From: Caldivirga maquilingensis IC-167
Lineage (GTDB): Archaea; Thermoproteota; Thermoprotei; Thermoproteales; Thermocladiaceae
Assembly: GCF_000018305.1 (NCBI RefSeq)
Contig: NC_009954.1
Span: 1,950,001 to 1,982,000, forward strand
DNA: 32,000 nucleotides
Direction of reading: 5' to 3'
Part shown: piece after piece, positions 23,592 through 31,059 of the stretch
How the letters are laid out: the number at the start of each line of letters is the position of its first letter
How positions within the stretch are numbered: the first letter of the stretch is position 1
Made by a program: the position numbers and the translations under genes
Notes under the pieces: model-generated
The model's database searches: none
The model's input: only the letters and a program-made list of their open reading frames with translations
What the model was told of the DNA's origin: nothing

Positions 23592-24749
23592 ATGAGGGCG
23601 GTTGTTAGGAATGGGGTTCAGGTATTCATTGATGATGGTTACGTGAATGATTTAAGAGACAGGAAAGTGGGTGTAGTAACAAACCACAGTGGCTACTACC
23701 CAGGTAGGGGGCATTTAATAGACTTATTGATTGAAAACGGTGTTAAAGTTGAGGCAATCTTCACACCTGAGCATGGGTTAAGGGGTCTTTTACCTGCAGG
23801 TGAATCCTACAGTGATGAATCATATAAGGGTATTCCAGTGTATAGCCTATATGGACCCAGGCGTAAACCACCAGTAAACATCCTTAAGGAACTTAACGCA
23901 GTAATCTACAGTATTCAGGATGTTGGCGTCAGATTCTACACATACATATCCACACTCTACTATACCCTTGAGGCCGCTGGTGAGGCTGGTGTTAAGGTTA
24001 TTGTACTTGATAACCCCAATCCATTAACCGGCACGGTGGTTGAGGGTCCTATACTTGAGGCTGCGTTAAGGTCCTTCGTGGGTATTTGGAGTATACCAAT
24101 TAGGTATGGTTTAACCGCGGGTGAATTAGCCATGTTATTTAATAATGAGGCTAACCTTAAGGCGGAGGTTGAGGTTATTAAACTTGATGACTGGAGGAGG
24201 GGGATGTGGTTTGATGAGACTGGTTTACCGTGGGTGAAGCCGTCCCCGGCTATTGTTGATTTAAACAGTGCATTAATGTATCCTGGCATTGGCTTATTCG
24301 AGGGCACTAACGTTAATGAAGGTAGGGGGACTGATGAACCCTTTAGGGTTATTGGTGCACCTTGGCTAAATAACGTTAAGTTAATTGATGAGGCTTCTCA
24401 ATTAGGATTAAGGGGCGTGGATTTAACCCCAATTGAGTATAGGCCATTGGGAACTGGGGTTAAGTATAATGGTGAGGAATGCAGGGGTGTTGAAATAACA
24501 GTGAAGGATAGGGAGTCCCTGAGGCCTGTTAAACTGGCGTTTACATTAATTTATTTACTAAGCAGAATTCACCCCAGGGAGTTTAAGTTCCTTGAACATG
24601 ACGGTGTATACCACTTCGATTACCTGGTGGGTAGACGGGGTGTTAGGGAATTATTAATGGGTGGGAAGCTTGATGAAGCGTTGAGTATTATTGATGAGGG
24701 CATTAGCGAGTACATGAAGGGTATTAGGGGTTACTTAATGTATTATTGA
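23592..24749 (+). CDS. DUF1343 family protein (NamZ-like exo-glycosidase family)
   Basis: The motifs VGVVTNHSG...IFTPEHGLRG...GIPVYSLYGPRRKP...IQDVGVRFYTYISTLYY...VLDNPNPLTG...SFVGIWSIPIRYGLTAGELA...DDWRR follow the conserved DUF1343 blocks. Confidence 0.75.
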   Translation: MRAVVRNGVQVFIDDGYVNDLRDRKVGVVTNHSGYYPGRGHLIDLLIENGVKVEAIFTPEHGLRGLLPAGESYSDESYKGIPVYSLYGPRRKPPVNILKELNAVIYSIQDVGVRFYTYISTLYYTLEAAGEAGVKVIVLDNPNPLTGTVVEGPILEAALRSFVGIWSIPIRYGLTAGELAMLFNNEANLKAEVEVIKLDDWRRGMWFDETGLPWVKPSPAIVDLNSALMYPGIGLFEGTNVNEGRGTDEPFRVIGAPWLNNVKLIDEASQLGLRGVDLTPIEYRPLGTGVKYNGEECRGVEITVKDRESLRPVKLAFTLIYLLSRIHPREFKFLEHDGVYHFDYLVGRRGVRELLMGGKLDEALSIIDEGISEYMKGIRGYLMYY

Positions 24750-27442
24750 GTTAAAGTTAACTTACGCTTAATGGTGTTAACCACGTCATCCTGCTTAACT
24801 GGGTTGTTGAAAACCCCCTGCGCAAATGTACCACTGCCACCACCCTTCCCTCCTAATTCATTCAACACCTTAGCCACATCAATGGCCTTAACCTTACCAT
24901 TAGTGTATACTTGGTATTCATTACCATGGATTAATACCAATACGTCCCCTGGGTACTTACTGGCTAATTCCTGCAGGTAATCCCTAACCCAGTAATCCTC
25001 ATAATATACAGCAACCTTGAATCCACTCACCGTGATCATTGACTTCACTATGTTTGCTAAATCAGCCTCAATAGCCTTTCTAGCCAATACCCTACTCCTC
25101 TCCTCAGCATTATTAAGCTCCTTAATTAACCTATCCACCGCCTCATCAACCTCATCCCTACCAACCCTCAGTTTACTGGCTGCTGAATCAAGCTTACCCT
25201 CCAGGTTCCTAACATAGTCAAGCGCGTACTTTCCCGTGGTGAAGATGAACCTAATTACGCCCTCCTGTATCTTATCAACCTTAACAATCTTAATTAAACC
25301 AATCCTACTTGTCCTATCCAGGTGAGTGCCTCCACATGCCTCAACATCATACGTATCATTACCTTCACCCACCTTAACAATCCTAACCTCACCACCCGGT
25401 ACCACGCCGCCTTGGTATATTATGAAGCCGTACTTAGCCTCAGCCTCATTCCTCGGCATTAACTCAGCCTTAACCGGTAGGTCGCTTAAAACCACTTCAT
25501 TGGCTAACTCCTCAATCCTCTTAACCTCATCTGGGGTCGGTAACCTATAGTGGGTTACATCAAGCCTACTTAACGGTATATCCTTCTGAGCACCTGCCTG
25601 CCAAACATGCTTACCCAGAACCCTTCTTATGCTTTGAAGCAGTATATGGGTACCAGTGTGCATTCTCATTAAGCCAAGCCTCCTTTCCGAGTCAATCCTC
25701 ATCTCAACCACATCACCAACCCCTGGGGTTGGTCCATCAATCACATGCACTATCACTGGCCCAACCCTCTGCACGTCCACAACCTTAGCCTCAACGCCAT
25801 TAAACCTCAACACACCTCTATCGGCTGGTTGACCACCACCCTCTGGGTAGAATATTGTTGAGTCAAGTACAATGTACTTACCTTTAATAACCTTCAACAC
25901 CTTAGCCTTACCCTCAAATGCGTAGGTATCCTCATAGAATAATTCCCTAGTGGGTGGTAGGTCTATTACATCATCCGCTGTTACATCAAGCCTATTACCC
26001 TCCTCACCCTTAGCTGGCTTCTGATGCCTGGCAGCTAGCATTTCATAGAAGTTATCTGGAACATTAACCTTCACCCCCCTCTTAGCTGCCTCATCCCTAA
26101 CAACCTCAGGGGGTATGCCGTGGGAGTCGTATAGGTTTATGAGGTCATTAATAGTTAATTCACCCTTAATTCTGCTTATTAATTTAGGTAATTGACTAAT
26201 AGCGGACTTATACTTAGCCTCCTCTAAATCAACCAAGTCTAGTATTAACTGCATGCTCTCCTTTAACTCGGGGTAATCATTAATTAGGTAATTGAGATGC
26301 GTGTTGAAGATTTCAGTTAATGGAACTTGGGCACCGATAACATGCATGTACTTAAGCATCCTCCTTATGAGTAACCTGGCCAAGTACCCTACACCTGAGT
26401 TGGATGGTATTACACCATCATTAATCATCCAGGACACTGTCCTTGAATGATCAGCAAGCACGTATAACGCCTCCTGAGGCTTAATGAAGTTAATTAACTC
26501 GCTTGAATCAATCCCTATCCTCTTAGCCACCTCAACGTAGGCTTTATCAAGCGCCAGGACCTCAGGATCAAGTTGACCCATGTGTATGGCTAATGAGGCA
26601 AGAACCTTCTCATCAGGCTTAGGTAAACCGAGGAGTTGCCTAGCCTTATTGAGGAAACCCTCGAATACAGCCTCATAAATCGTTGGCTTACCTGTTAAAA
26701 CCCAGTATATTCTTTCAAGACCGTAACCAGTGTCCACGATCCTAATGGGCATTTCCCTATACTCATCCCCAATCACCCTATAGTGCATGAAGACTAATGT
26801 AGCTAATTCAAGTCCTCTAACCAGGACTTCGAAGGATTCACCGGCATTGCCTCCACCCTCCCATATGTTCTCCTTATAAGTCACCTCATCATCCCTGAAA
26901 CCCAGTTCCCTTGTGAAGAATTCGTGAGCATACTCCACTGTCTCATTAATCCAGTAAATCTCCTTACCGGGGAAGTTGAAGGCGTGGTGAGCCATCATTT
27001 CAAAACCAGTTAAATGCCTACCACTTCTACCAACCTTATCCACGTCAGTAAGCCTTATACTTGGTTGAGATATTGTAAGTGGGTTAGCCGGCGGTGGTAC
27101 TACGCCCTCAGTGACCCAGGGCTGGAAGTCATATATTGAGGCGCCGACTAGGTAAACGTCATTCCTCCACCTGGCAACCACAGGATACCTAGCCACCCTA
27201 GTGTGCCCCCTCTTCTCGAAGAATGATAGGAAACGTTCCCTAACATCCTTAATTGACTCAGGCCTATATGTTCCCGGTGGGTTACCTATGAAGCCGTATG
27301 GTGTGCAGGGTTGGTCACCGCAATTATCTTGACTCGGATTAAGCGTCCAGTAGTGGTGGCCGCAGTACGGGCACCTACTCCTCCTAAACCCCCTACCTAT
27401 GAATATCCTAGTCCTAAGTAGACTCTCATTAAGTATAGGCAC
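24743..27442 (-). CDS. alaS: Alanyl-tRNA synthetase, archaeal type
   Basis: The N-terminal CPYCGHHYW...CGDQPCTPYGFIG is typical of archaeal AlaRS. The editing domain has HTGTHIL and CGGTH. A C-terminal GGKGGGSGTFAQG (DHHA1-like) motif is present. Confidence 0.95.
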   Translation of the reverse strand: MPILNESLLRTRIFIGRGFRRSRCPYCGHHYWTLNPSQDNCGDQPCTPYGFIGNPPGTYRPESIKDVRERFLSFFEKRGHTRVARYPVVARWRNDVYLVGASIYDFQPWVTEGVVPPPANPLTISQPSIRLTDVDKVGRSGRHLTGFEMMAHHAFNFPGKEIYWINETVEYAHEFFTRELGFRDDEVTYKENIWEGGGNAGESFEVLVRGLELATLVFMHYRVIGDEYREMPIRIVDTGYGLERIYWVLTGKPTIYEAVFEGFLNKARQLLGLPKPDEKVLASLAIHMGQLDPEVLALDKAYVEVAKRIGIDSSELINFIKPQEALYVLADHSRTVSWMINDGVIPSNSGVGYLARLLIRRMLKYMHVIGAQVPLTEIFNTHLNYLINDYPELKESMQLILDLVDLEEAKYKSAISQLPKLISRIKGELTINDLINLYDSHGIPPEVVRDEAAKRGVKVNVPDNFYEMLAARHQKPAKGEEGNRLDVTADDVIDLPPTRELFYEDTYAFEGKAKVLKVIKGKYIVLDSTIFYPEGGGQPADRGVLRFNGVEAKVVDVQRVGPVIVHVIDGPTPGVGDVVEMRIDSERRLGLMRMHTGTHILLQSIRRVLGKHVWQAGAQKDIPLSRLDVTHYRLPTPDEVKRIEELANEVVLSDLPVKAELMPRNEAEAKYGFIIYQGGVVPGGEVRIVKVGEGNDTYDVEACGGTHLDRTSRIGLIKIVKVDKIQEGVIRFIFTTGKYALDYVRNLEGKLDSAASKLRVGRDEVDEAVDRLIKELNNAEERSRVLARKAIEADLANIVKSMITVSGFKVAVYYEDYWVRDYLQELASKYPGDVLVLIHGNEYQVYTNGKVKAIDVAKVLNELGGKGGGSGTFAQGVFNNPVKQDDVVNTIKRKLTLTQ

Positions 27443-27572
27443 TCCACTTAGCCTTACTGGGGTTTAATTACTCTTTTGCCTCCAGTAAAGGTAATGAGAA
27501 TACTGTCACGGCCTCCTTTCATTGGTGGTTTTAAGGGTTAGTGTTTTTAATTTCGCGCGCTAGCCAATAATC

Positions 27573-27872
27573 ATGCGTAGGAGGGGGGCCGTGGGGTTCC
27601 TGGTTACTGAATTACCATATAGGGTTAAGGTGTATTCGAATTTTCAAGTACTGATCCCAGCTAGCCTAGTTAGGGCACTTGATATAGTTAATTTAAGGTA
27701 CGTCAACATTACGTTTAGGTTCAATGGTGTTACTGAAACCATTGAGGGCGCTAGGTTACTTAGAACCAGGCATACTGACTCAAGGCAATTCACAATACCT
27801 AAGGAGCTTAGGGAAAAGTATGGTATACGGCCTGGGGATTACATTGAGATTATATCCATTAAACCCCTTTAA
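27573..27872 (+). CDS. AbrB/SpoVT-family DNA-binding protein with two swapped-hairpin half-domains in one chain
   Basis: The C-terminal half QFTIPKELREKYGIRPGDYIEIISI is a classic SpoVT-AbrB motif. The N-terminal half FQVLIPASLVRALDIVNLRYVNITF repeats the pattern. GTGTTTTTAATTTC lies about 22-30 nt upstream of the ATG. Confidence 0.55.
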   Translation: MRRRGAVGFLVTELPYRVKVYSNFQVLIPASLVRALDIVNLRYVNITFRFNGVTETIEGARLLRTRHTDSRQFTIPKELREKYGIRPGDYIEIISIKPL

Positions 27873-27961
27873 TTAATTAACCCAATTTAATTAAGTGTAT
27901 AATTAAGCTAAGTCAAGGGTTAGGAAATGATATTCCTCAGAATAAGGGGAGGGCATTGGAA

Positions 27962-28012
27962 TCAGTTGAAACGCCGTGTTATCATTTACTCATTGTAACT
28001 CTGATTCATCAC
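27962..28012 (-). ncRNA. Candidate C/D box sRNA (2'-O-methylation guide)
   Basis: The minus strand reads GTGATGA (C box, 28012-28006), 12 nt, ATGA (D'), GTAA, ATGATAA (C'), 13 nt, then CTGA (D box, 27965-27962). Total length is 51 nt. A promoter-like AATGCTTATTAAA lies at 28046-28034, centred about 26 nt upstream of the C box. Confidence 0.5.
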
Positions 28013-28033
28013 CTAGATTAGCAATTCCCCCTC

Positions 28034-28046
28034 TTTAATAAGCATT
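28034..28046 (-). promoter_or_regulatory. Promoter core for the candidate C/D sRNA
   Basis: The minus strand reads AATGCTTATTAAA. The same AATGCTTA core occurs at four other promoter positions in this window. Confidence 0.4.
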
Positions 28047-28084
28047 GCGTTAACTCAATACCCGCATGAATTCTTCATTAGCCT

Positions 28085-29233
28085 TTAAGGGCTTAGTGTT
28101 GATTCAGGAAGCCTAATGGTACCAGGACTGTAAACGCACGCTGGGTCCTCGGCTAATGGATCCCCATACTCAGCGTAGGCCCTAGCCCTAGAGCCCCCGC
28201 ATATGAAGCGGAACTCGCATAAACCACACCTACCACCATACTCCCCCCTCCTTATCCTCAACAGTACTGGGTTCTCTCTATATATCTTAACCAAGCTCTC
28301 CTCCTTAACATTACCCAGTTTAATTGGTAGGAAACCGCTTGGTGATACGTCACCATTGTAGGCTACGAATATTATCCCATCCCCATCCCTAGTCCTAGCA
28401 ACCATAGGTCTCTTAGTGAGTTTAGGTGGTTCATTCCCCATGACTTTAATCAAACCCTCATATAATTGCCTGTATAATGGACCAAGGTTTGGCTTTATGT
28501 TAATTTCATTATTCTCAAAGGCGTACCTATGCAGTACAACTCTCCTATAAAATGGGGCCTCAACAGTCCTCACTGTGAAGCCGTACTTAGATACATCGTA
28601 GAGTACATTAACCACATCCTCAGTCTCCTCTGGTGTTAATGCCTCAAGCTCAATACCCCTACCCACGTGTATTAGGAAGAACACCTCCCAGGTGTAGACT
28701 CCTAGGTCCTTAAGCACCTTAACTATTAACGGTAATTCATGCACGTTAAGCTTCATGAACGTTGTGTTAACTTGAACCTTAACCCCAGCCTTAAGGAGAC
28801 TTGATATTGCCTTTAACGTTAACTCAAATACACCATTCCTATTCCTAATGTACTCATGAGTAGTCGGTGACGCACCATCAAGACTCACTGAAACTGAACT
28901 CACCCTCCTCAACTCATCAATAACATTATCACTAAGCAACTTCTCAGAAACCGTTGGTGATACAGCTACCGGTACATTCAATGATTTAGCGTAGTCAATT
29001 AACTCAAATATGTCCTCCCTCATTAATGGGTCACCACCAGTCAATATTAATACTGGGGTTGGTTTACCGAATTCAGGTAATTGCTCAATAAGCCTCTTAC
29101 CCTCATCCGTGCTTAATTCACCGGGTAGTGGCTTTAATATTGCATTAGCCCTACAGTGCCTGCAGCTTAATGGGCATGCCTTAGTGGTCTCCCAGAAGAC
29201 TAGGAGTGGTCTTTGGGAATAATCCAACGGCAT
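28085..29233 (-). CDS. Radical SAM / SPASM-domain protein, NirJ/AhbC/AhbD-like (putative alternative heme biosynthesis enzyme)
   Basis: The motif WETTKACPLSCRHCRANA contains the CxxxCxxC cluster. The C-terminal Cys-rich CGLCEFRFICGGSRARAYAEYGDPLAEDPACVY is SPASM-like. The gene lies directly downstream of a hemD-like gene. Confidence 0.55.
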   Translation of the reverse strand: MPLDYSQRPLLVFWETTKACPLSCRHCRANAILKPLPGELSTDEGKRLIEQLPEFGKPTPVLILTGGDPLMREDIFELIDYAKSLNVPVAVSPTVSEKLLSDNVIDELRRVSSVSVSLDGASPTTHEYIRNRNGVFELTLKAISSLLKAGVKVQVNTTFMKLNVHELPLIVKVLKDLGVYTWEVFFLIHVGRGIELEALTPEETEDVVNVLYDVSKYGFTVRTVEAPFYRRVVLHRYAFENNEINIKPNLGPLYRQLYEGLIKVMGNEPPKLTKRPMVARTRDGDGIIFVAYNGDVSPSGFLPIKLGNVKEESLVKIYRENPVLLRIRRGEYGGRCGLCEFRFICGGSRARAYAEYGDPLAEDPACVYSPGTIRLPESTLSP

Positions 29234-29311
29234 GCGTAACGCCTAACTTTAACGGCGTATAATCGTTTCGCGCCTATTAAGTATAAATGGGGGTAAGTAC
29301 CTTAATCCTGT

Positions 29312-30016
29312 TTAAATTCGATCCCCACCTCCACTTAATGCATGCTTAGCCTCATTAACTGCACCATCTATTGTGTAAACCTTAGCAATACTGTGAGGAA
29401 TATTAAGCATGCTTAATTCCTTAGCCGTGGTAGGTCCTATTGCCACAATTAGAGCTCGCCTTAAGTTAAGTAAGATACCGCTAACTTCACGTGCAACCCT
29501 TGGGCTTGTGATAATTAATGCATAGGGGGATCCTGCAGCCTCCCTTTCATTAATCAGCGCCTTAAGTTTACTTAACTCATCCTCATTAACACTAAGCCTA
29601 TATAACCCAATCTCAGTTACCCCACCTAATTCATTAAATAGACTATTACTGTACTCCATTGACCTAATCACCAGTATGCTTCCATTAAAGCCCCTGAGCA
29701 TTCTCAGTAAGCCCATGCTTGAGTACTCACTTGGTATCAAGCATTCATTATTATAGAGCCTCCTCACTGCCGCCGCCGTGGATGGGCCAACCGCCATGCA
29801 CCTGACCCAGCATGGATCCTTGACCACACTGTAAGTGTACTCAACGGCAACCGTACTCATGAAGACCACTACATCCCACCTCCTTGAGCATAATTCCTCC
29901 AGTCTCCTTAAGGCATTTTGATCAGGAATAGGCTTAAGCACGGGAACTTCAATAACACCCTCCCCCCTAATGCCTTCCTCACCCTTAGCCCTAATAACTA
30001 TTATTGACTCCTGCAT
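29312..30016 (-). CDS. hemD: Uroporphyrinogen-III synthase-like protein
   Basis: A two-lobe HemD pattern is present: DVVVFMSTVAVEY, MAVGPSTAAAVRRL, ALIITSPRVAREV and VAIGPTTAKEL. At 234 aa the length is typical. Confidence 0.55.
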   Translation of the reverse strand: MQESIIVIRAKGEEGIRGEGVIEVPVLKPIPDQNALRRLEELCSRRWDVVVFMSTVAVEYTYSVVKDPCWVRCMAVGPSTAAAVRRLYNNECLIPSEYSSMGLLRMLRGFNGSILVIRSMEYSNSLFNELGGVTEIGLYRLSVNEDELSKLKALINEREAAGSPYALIITSPRVAREVSGILLNLRRALIVAIGPTTAKELSMLNIPHSIAKVYTIDGAVNEAKHALSGGGDRI

Positions 30017-30032
30017 TGTAGTTAAGTGACGT

Positions 30033-30045
30033 TAATGCTTAAAAG
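30033..30045 (+). promoter_or_regulatory. Shared TATA-like element in the 57-nt hemD/atpK divergent spacer
   Basis: The plus strand reads TAATGCTTAAAAG. The quasi-symmetric CTTAAAAG/CTTTTAAG is centred about 25 nt from the hemD ATG at 30016 and about 32 nt from the atpK ATG at 30074. Confidence 0.4.
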
Positions 30046-30073
30046 CGTATACGCTAACGGCTATTTGATCCAT

Positions 30074-30346
30074 ATGAACAAGTGGGTTGCAGTAGCACTA
30101 ATGATCTTAATGTCAACGCTACCGGTGTTGAATGCGCAGGCCACGGGTCAATCATATAATTACCTAGGGGCAGGGTTAGCCTTCGGTCTAGCGGCGGGTG
30201 GTGCAGGAATTGGTATGGGTATTGCAGGCGCAGCCATAGCCTCAGCATCAATTGAGAAGAGGGACCTCTTAATATTCTTCCTGGTCCTAGCCTTCGTGGA
30301 GACCATAGCCCTCTACGGCTTTGTGGCACTAATACTGCTTAGGTAA
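30074..30346 (+). CDS. atpK: A-type ATP synthase proteolipid (subunit K/c)
   Basis: The sequence GAGLAFGLAAGGAGIGMGIAGAAIASASIE...LAFVETIALYGFVALILL contains the conserved carboxylate (E in VETIALYG). I prefer the ATG at 30074 over the GTG at 30026. The N-terminal MNKWVAVALMILMSTLPVLNAQA is signal-like. Confidence 0.75.
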   Translation: MNKWVAVALMILMSTLPVLNAQATGQSYNYLGAGLAFGLAAGGAGIGMGIAGAAIASASIEKRDLLIFFLVLAFVETIALYGFVALILLR

Positions 30347-30400
30347 GGTTAAAGCCCTTCATTGTAAAAATTAATACATTTTTGATTAACTTAATGAAAG

Positions 30401-30452
30401 TCAGTGCGTGGAATTCTAATCACCAAGTCCTTTACCGTCCCCGTCTCATCAT
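30401..30452 (-). ncRNA. Weaker candidate C/D box sRNA
   Basis: The minus strand reads ATGATGA (30452-30446), 12 nt, a degenerate D' (AAAG), a spacer, GTGATTA (C'), 12 nt, then CTGA (30404-30401). Total length is 52 nt. There is no TATA-like element upstream and the D' box is poor. Confidence 0.3.
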
Positions 30453-30593
30453 TAATGGAGAACGCACCACCCGCGCGGCAGGCCGCCCTTAGGAAGGGGC
30501 TGGGGGGCTATTGACTTAATTCCCCTGGTGCTTATAAGCGTTTCCTCACATTCACCATAAACGTTTATTAGCTTGCACCTCACTAGGTGTATT

Positions 30594-31037
30594 ATGGAGA
30601 AGAGGCTTAGGCTGCCTCCTAGGATTAAGGTGCTGGAGGCTCTTTCAGCTATTGCCGATGGGAGGGTTAGGAGGGAGGGGGATCATTACGTTATTGTGTC
30701 CAGTGACGGGTCAAGGAGCTACACAGTGTACCTTGATGAGGCTAAGGGGTTGGTTTACAGTAATGATAATGGGACAGTCTATAGGGGTTACGTGGGTTAC
30801 CCAATAATGGCGGTACTCATGATGCTTGGCTTACTAAGCTTCAGTAAGGAGCTTAGTGAGGGTTTAAGGGGGATTCCCTGGAGGGAATTGAATGAGAAGT
30901 ACAAGAACTACAGCATGGTTATGGATATTATAAGGAGGAGGATTGGGGAGGATAAGTGGCCACTCTACGAGAAGTTCATTGACGAGGTCCTGGGTGAATT
31001 AAGGAAACTCAACCTGAGGCTAATGGATAAGAAGTAG
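30594..31037 (+). CDS. Hypothetical protein
   Basis: The ATG at 30594 is preferred over the TTG at 30573, because GTTTATTAGC lies about 26-30 nt upstream. The sequence has coding-like composition (MEKRLRLPPRIKVLEALSAIADGRV...). I recognise no family. Confidence 0.45.
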   Translation: MEKRLRLPPRIKVLEALSAIADGRVRREGDHYVIVSSDGSRSYTVYLDEAKGLVYSNDNGTVYRGYVGYPIMAVLMMLGLLSFSKELSEGLRGIPWRELNEKYKNYSMVMDIIRRRIGEDKWPLYEKFIDEVLGELRKLNLRLMDKK

Positions 31038-31059
31038 AATCATGCGTAAGGGGTTTCAT

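Noticed and set aside
7146-25550. Other antisense or shadow ORFs in the track: 7146-7469, 7868-8107, 9233-9535, 10722-10952, 11146-11568, 12640-12897, 13330-13740, 13849-14043, 14176-14901, 15146-15919, 16688-18796, 20073-20613, 21377-21613, 21972-22568, 22919-23546, 23960-24307 and 24771-25550
   Set aside because: Each is nested inside a longer ORF with clear family motifs, either on the opposite strand or in another frame on the same strand (20073-20339). None has a recognisable motif or promoter. They are treated as non-coding.
27926-28004. Plus-strand C/D sRNA reading (AATGATAT ... CTGA) in the same spacer as the minus-strand candidate
   Set aside because: The C box is degenerate at two positions, the box spacing is about 70 nt without internal D'/C' boxes, and there is no upstream TATA. 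The minus-strand reading satisfies all four boxes and has a promoter.
29402-29417. 16-bp perfect palindrome ATTAAGCATGCTTAAT inside hemD, considered as an internal bidirectional promoter
   Set aside because: It contains the promoter-like core on both strands. However, roughly one such palindrome is expected by chance in an AT-leaning 32-kb window. It simply encodes S-M-L-N-I. The predicted TSS would leave a leader of about 145 nt to the next gene. It is noted but not called.
30026-30073. GTG-initiated extension of atpK, and likewise the TTG extension at 30573-30593 of the next gene
   Set aside because: The extensions would place the only TATA-like elements inside the coding sequence. The in-frame ATGs at 30074 and 30594 sit at promoter-consistent distances.
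30394-30492. 32-aa plus-strand ORF (MKVSAWNSNHQVLYRPRLIINGERTTRAAGRP) in the long spacer after atpK
   Set aside because: It is very short, has no supporting motif, and its C-terminal half is just the translation of the GC-rich island. It cannot be distinguished from chance. It is kept only as an alternative explanation for the region.
30404-30520. tRNA or split-tRNA half within the GC-rich island
   Set aside because: A 6-bp GTGCGT/ACGCAC pairing spans only 64 nt. There is no D-arm or T-arm (no GTTCRANYC-like loop), so I could not build a cloverleaf or a convincing half-molecule.
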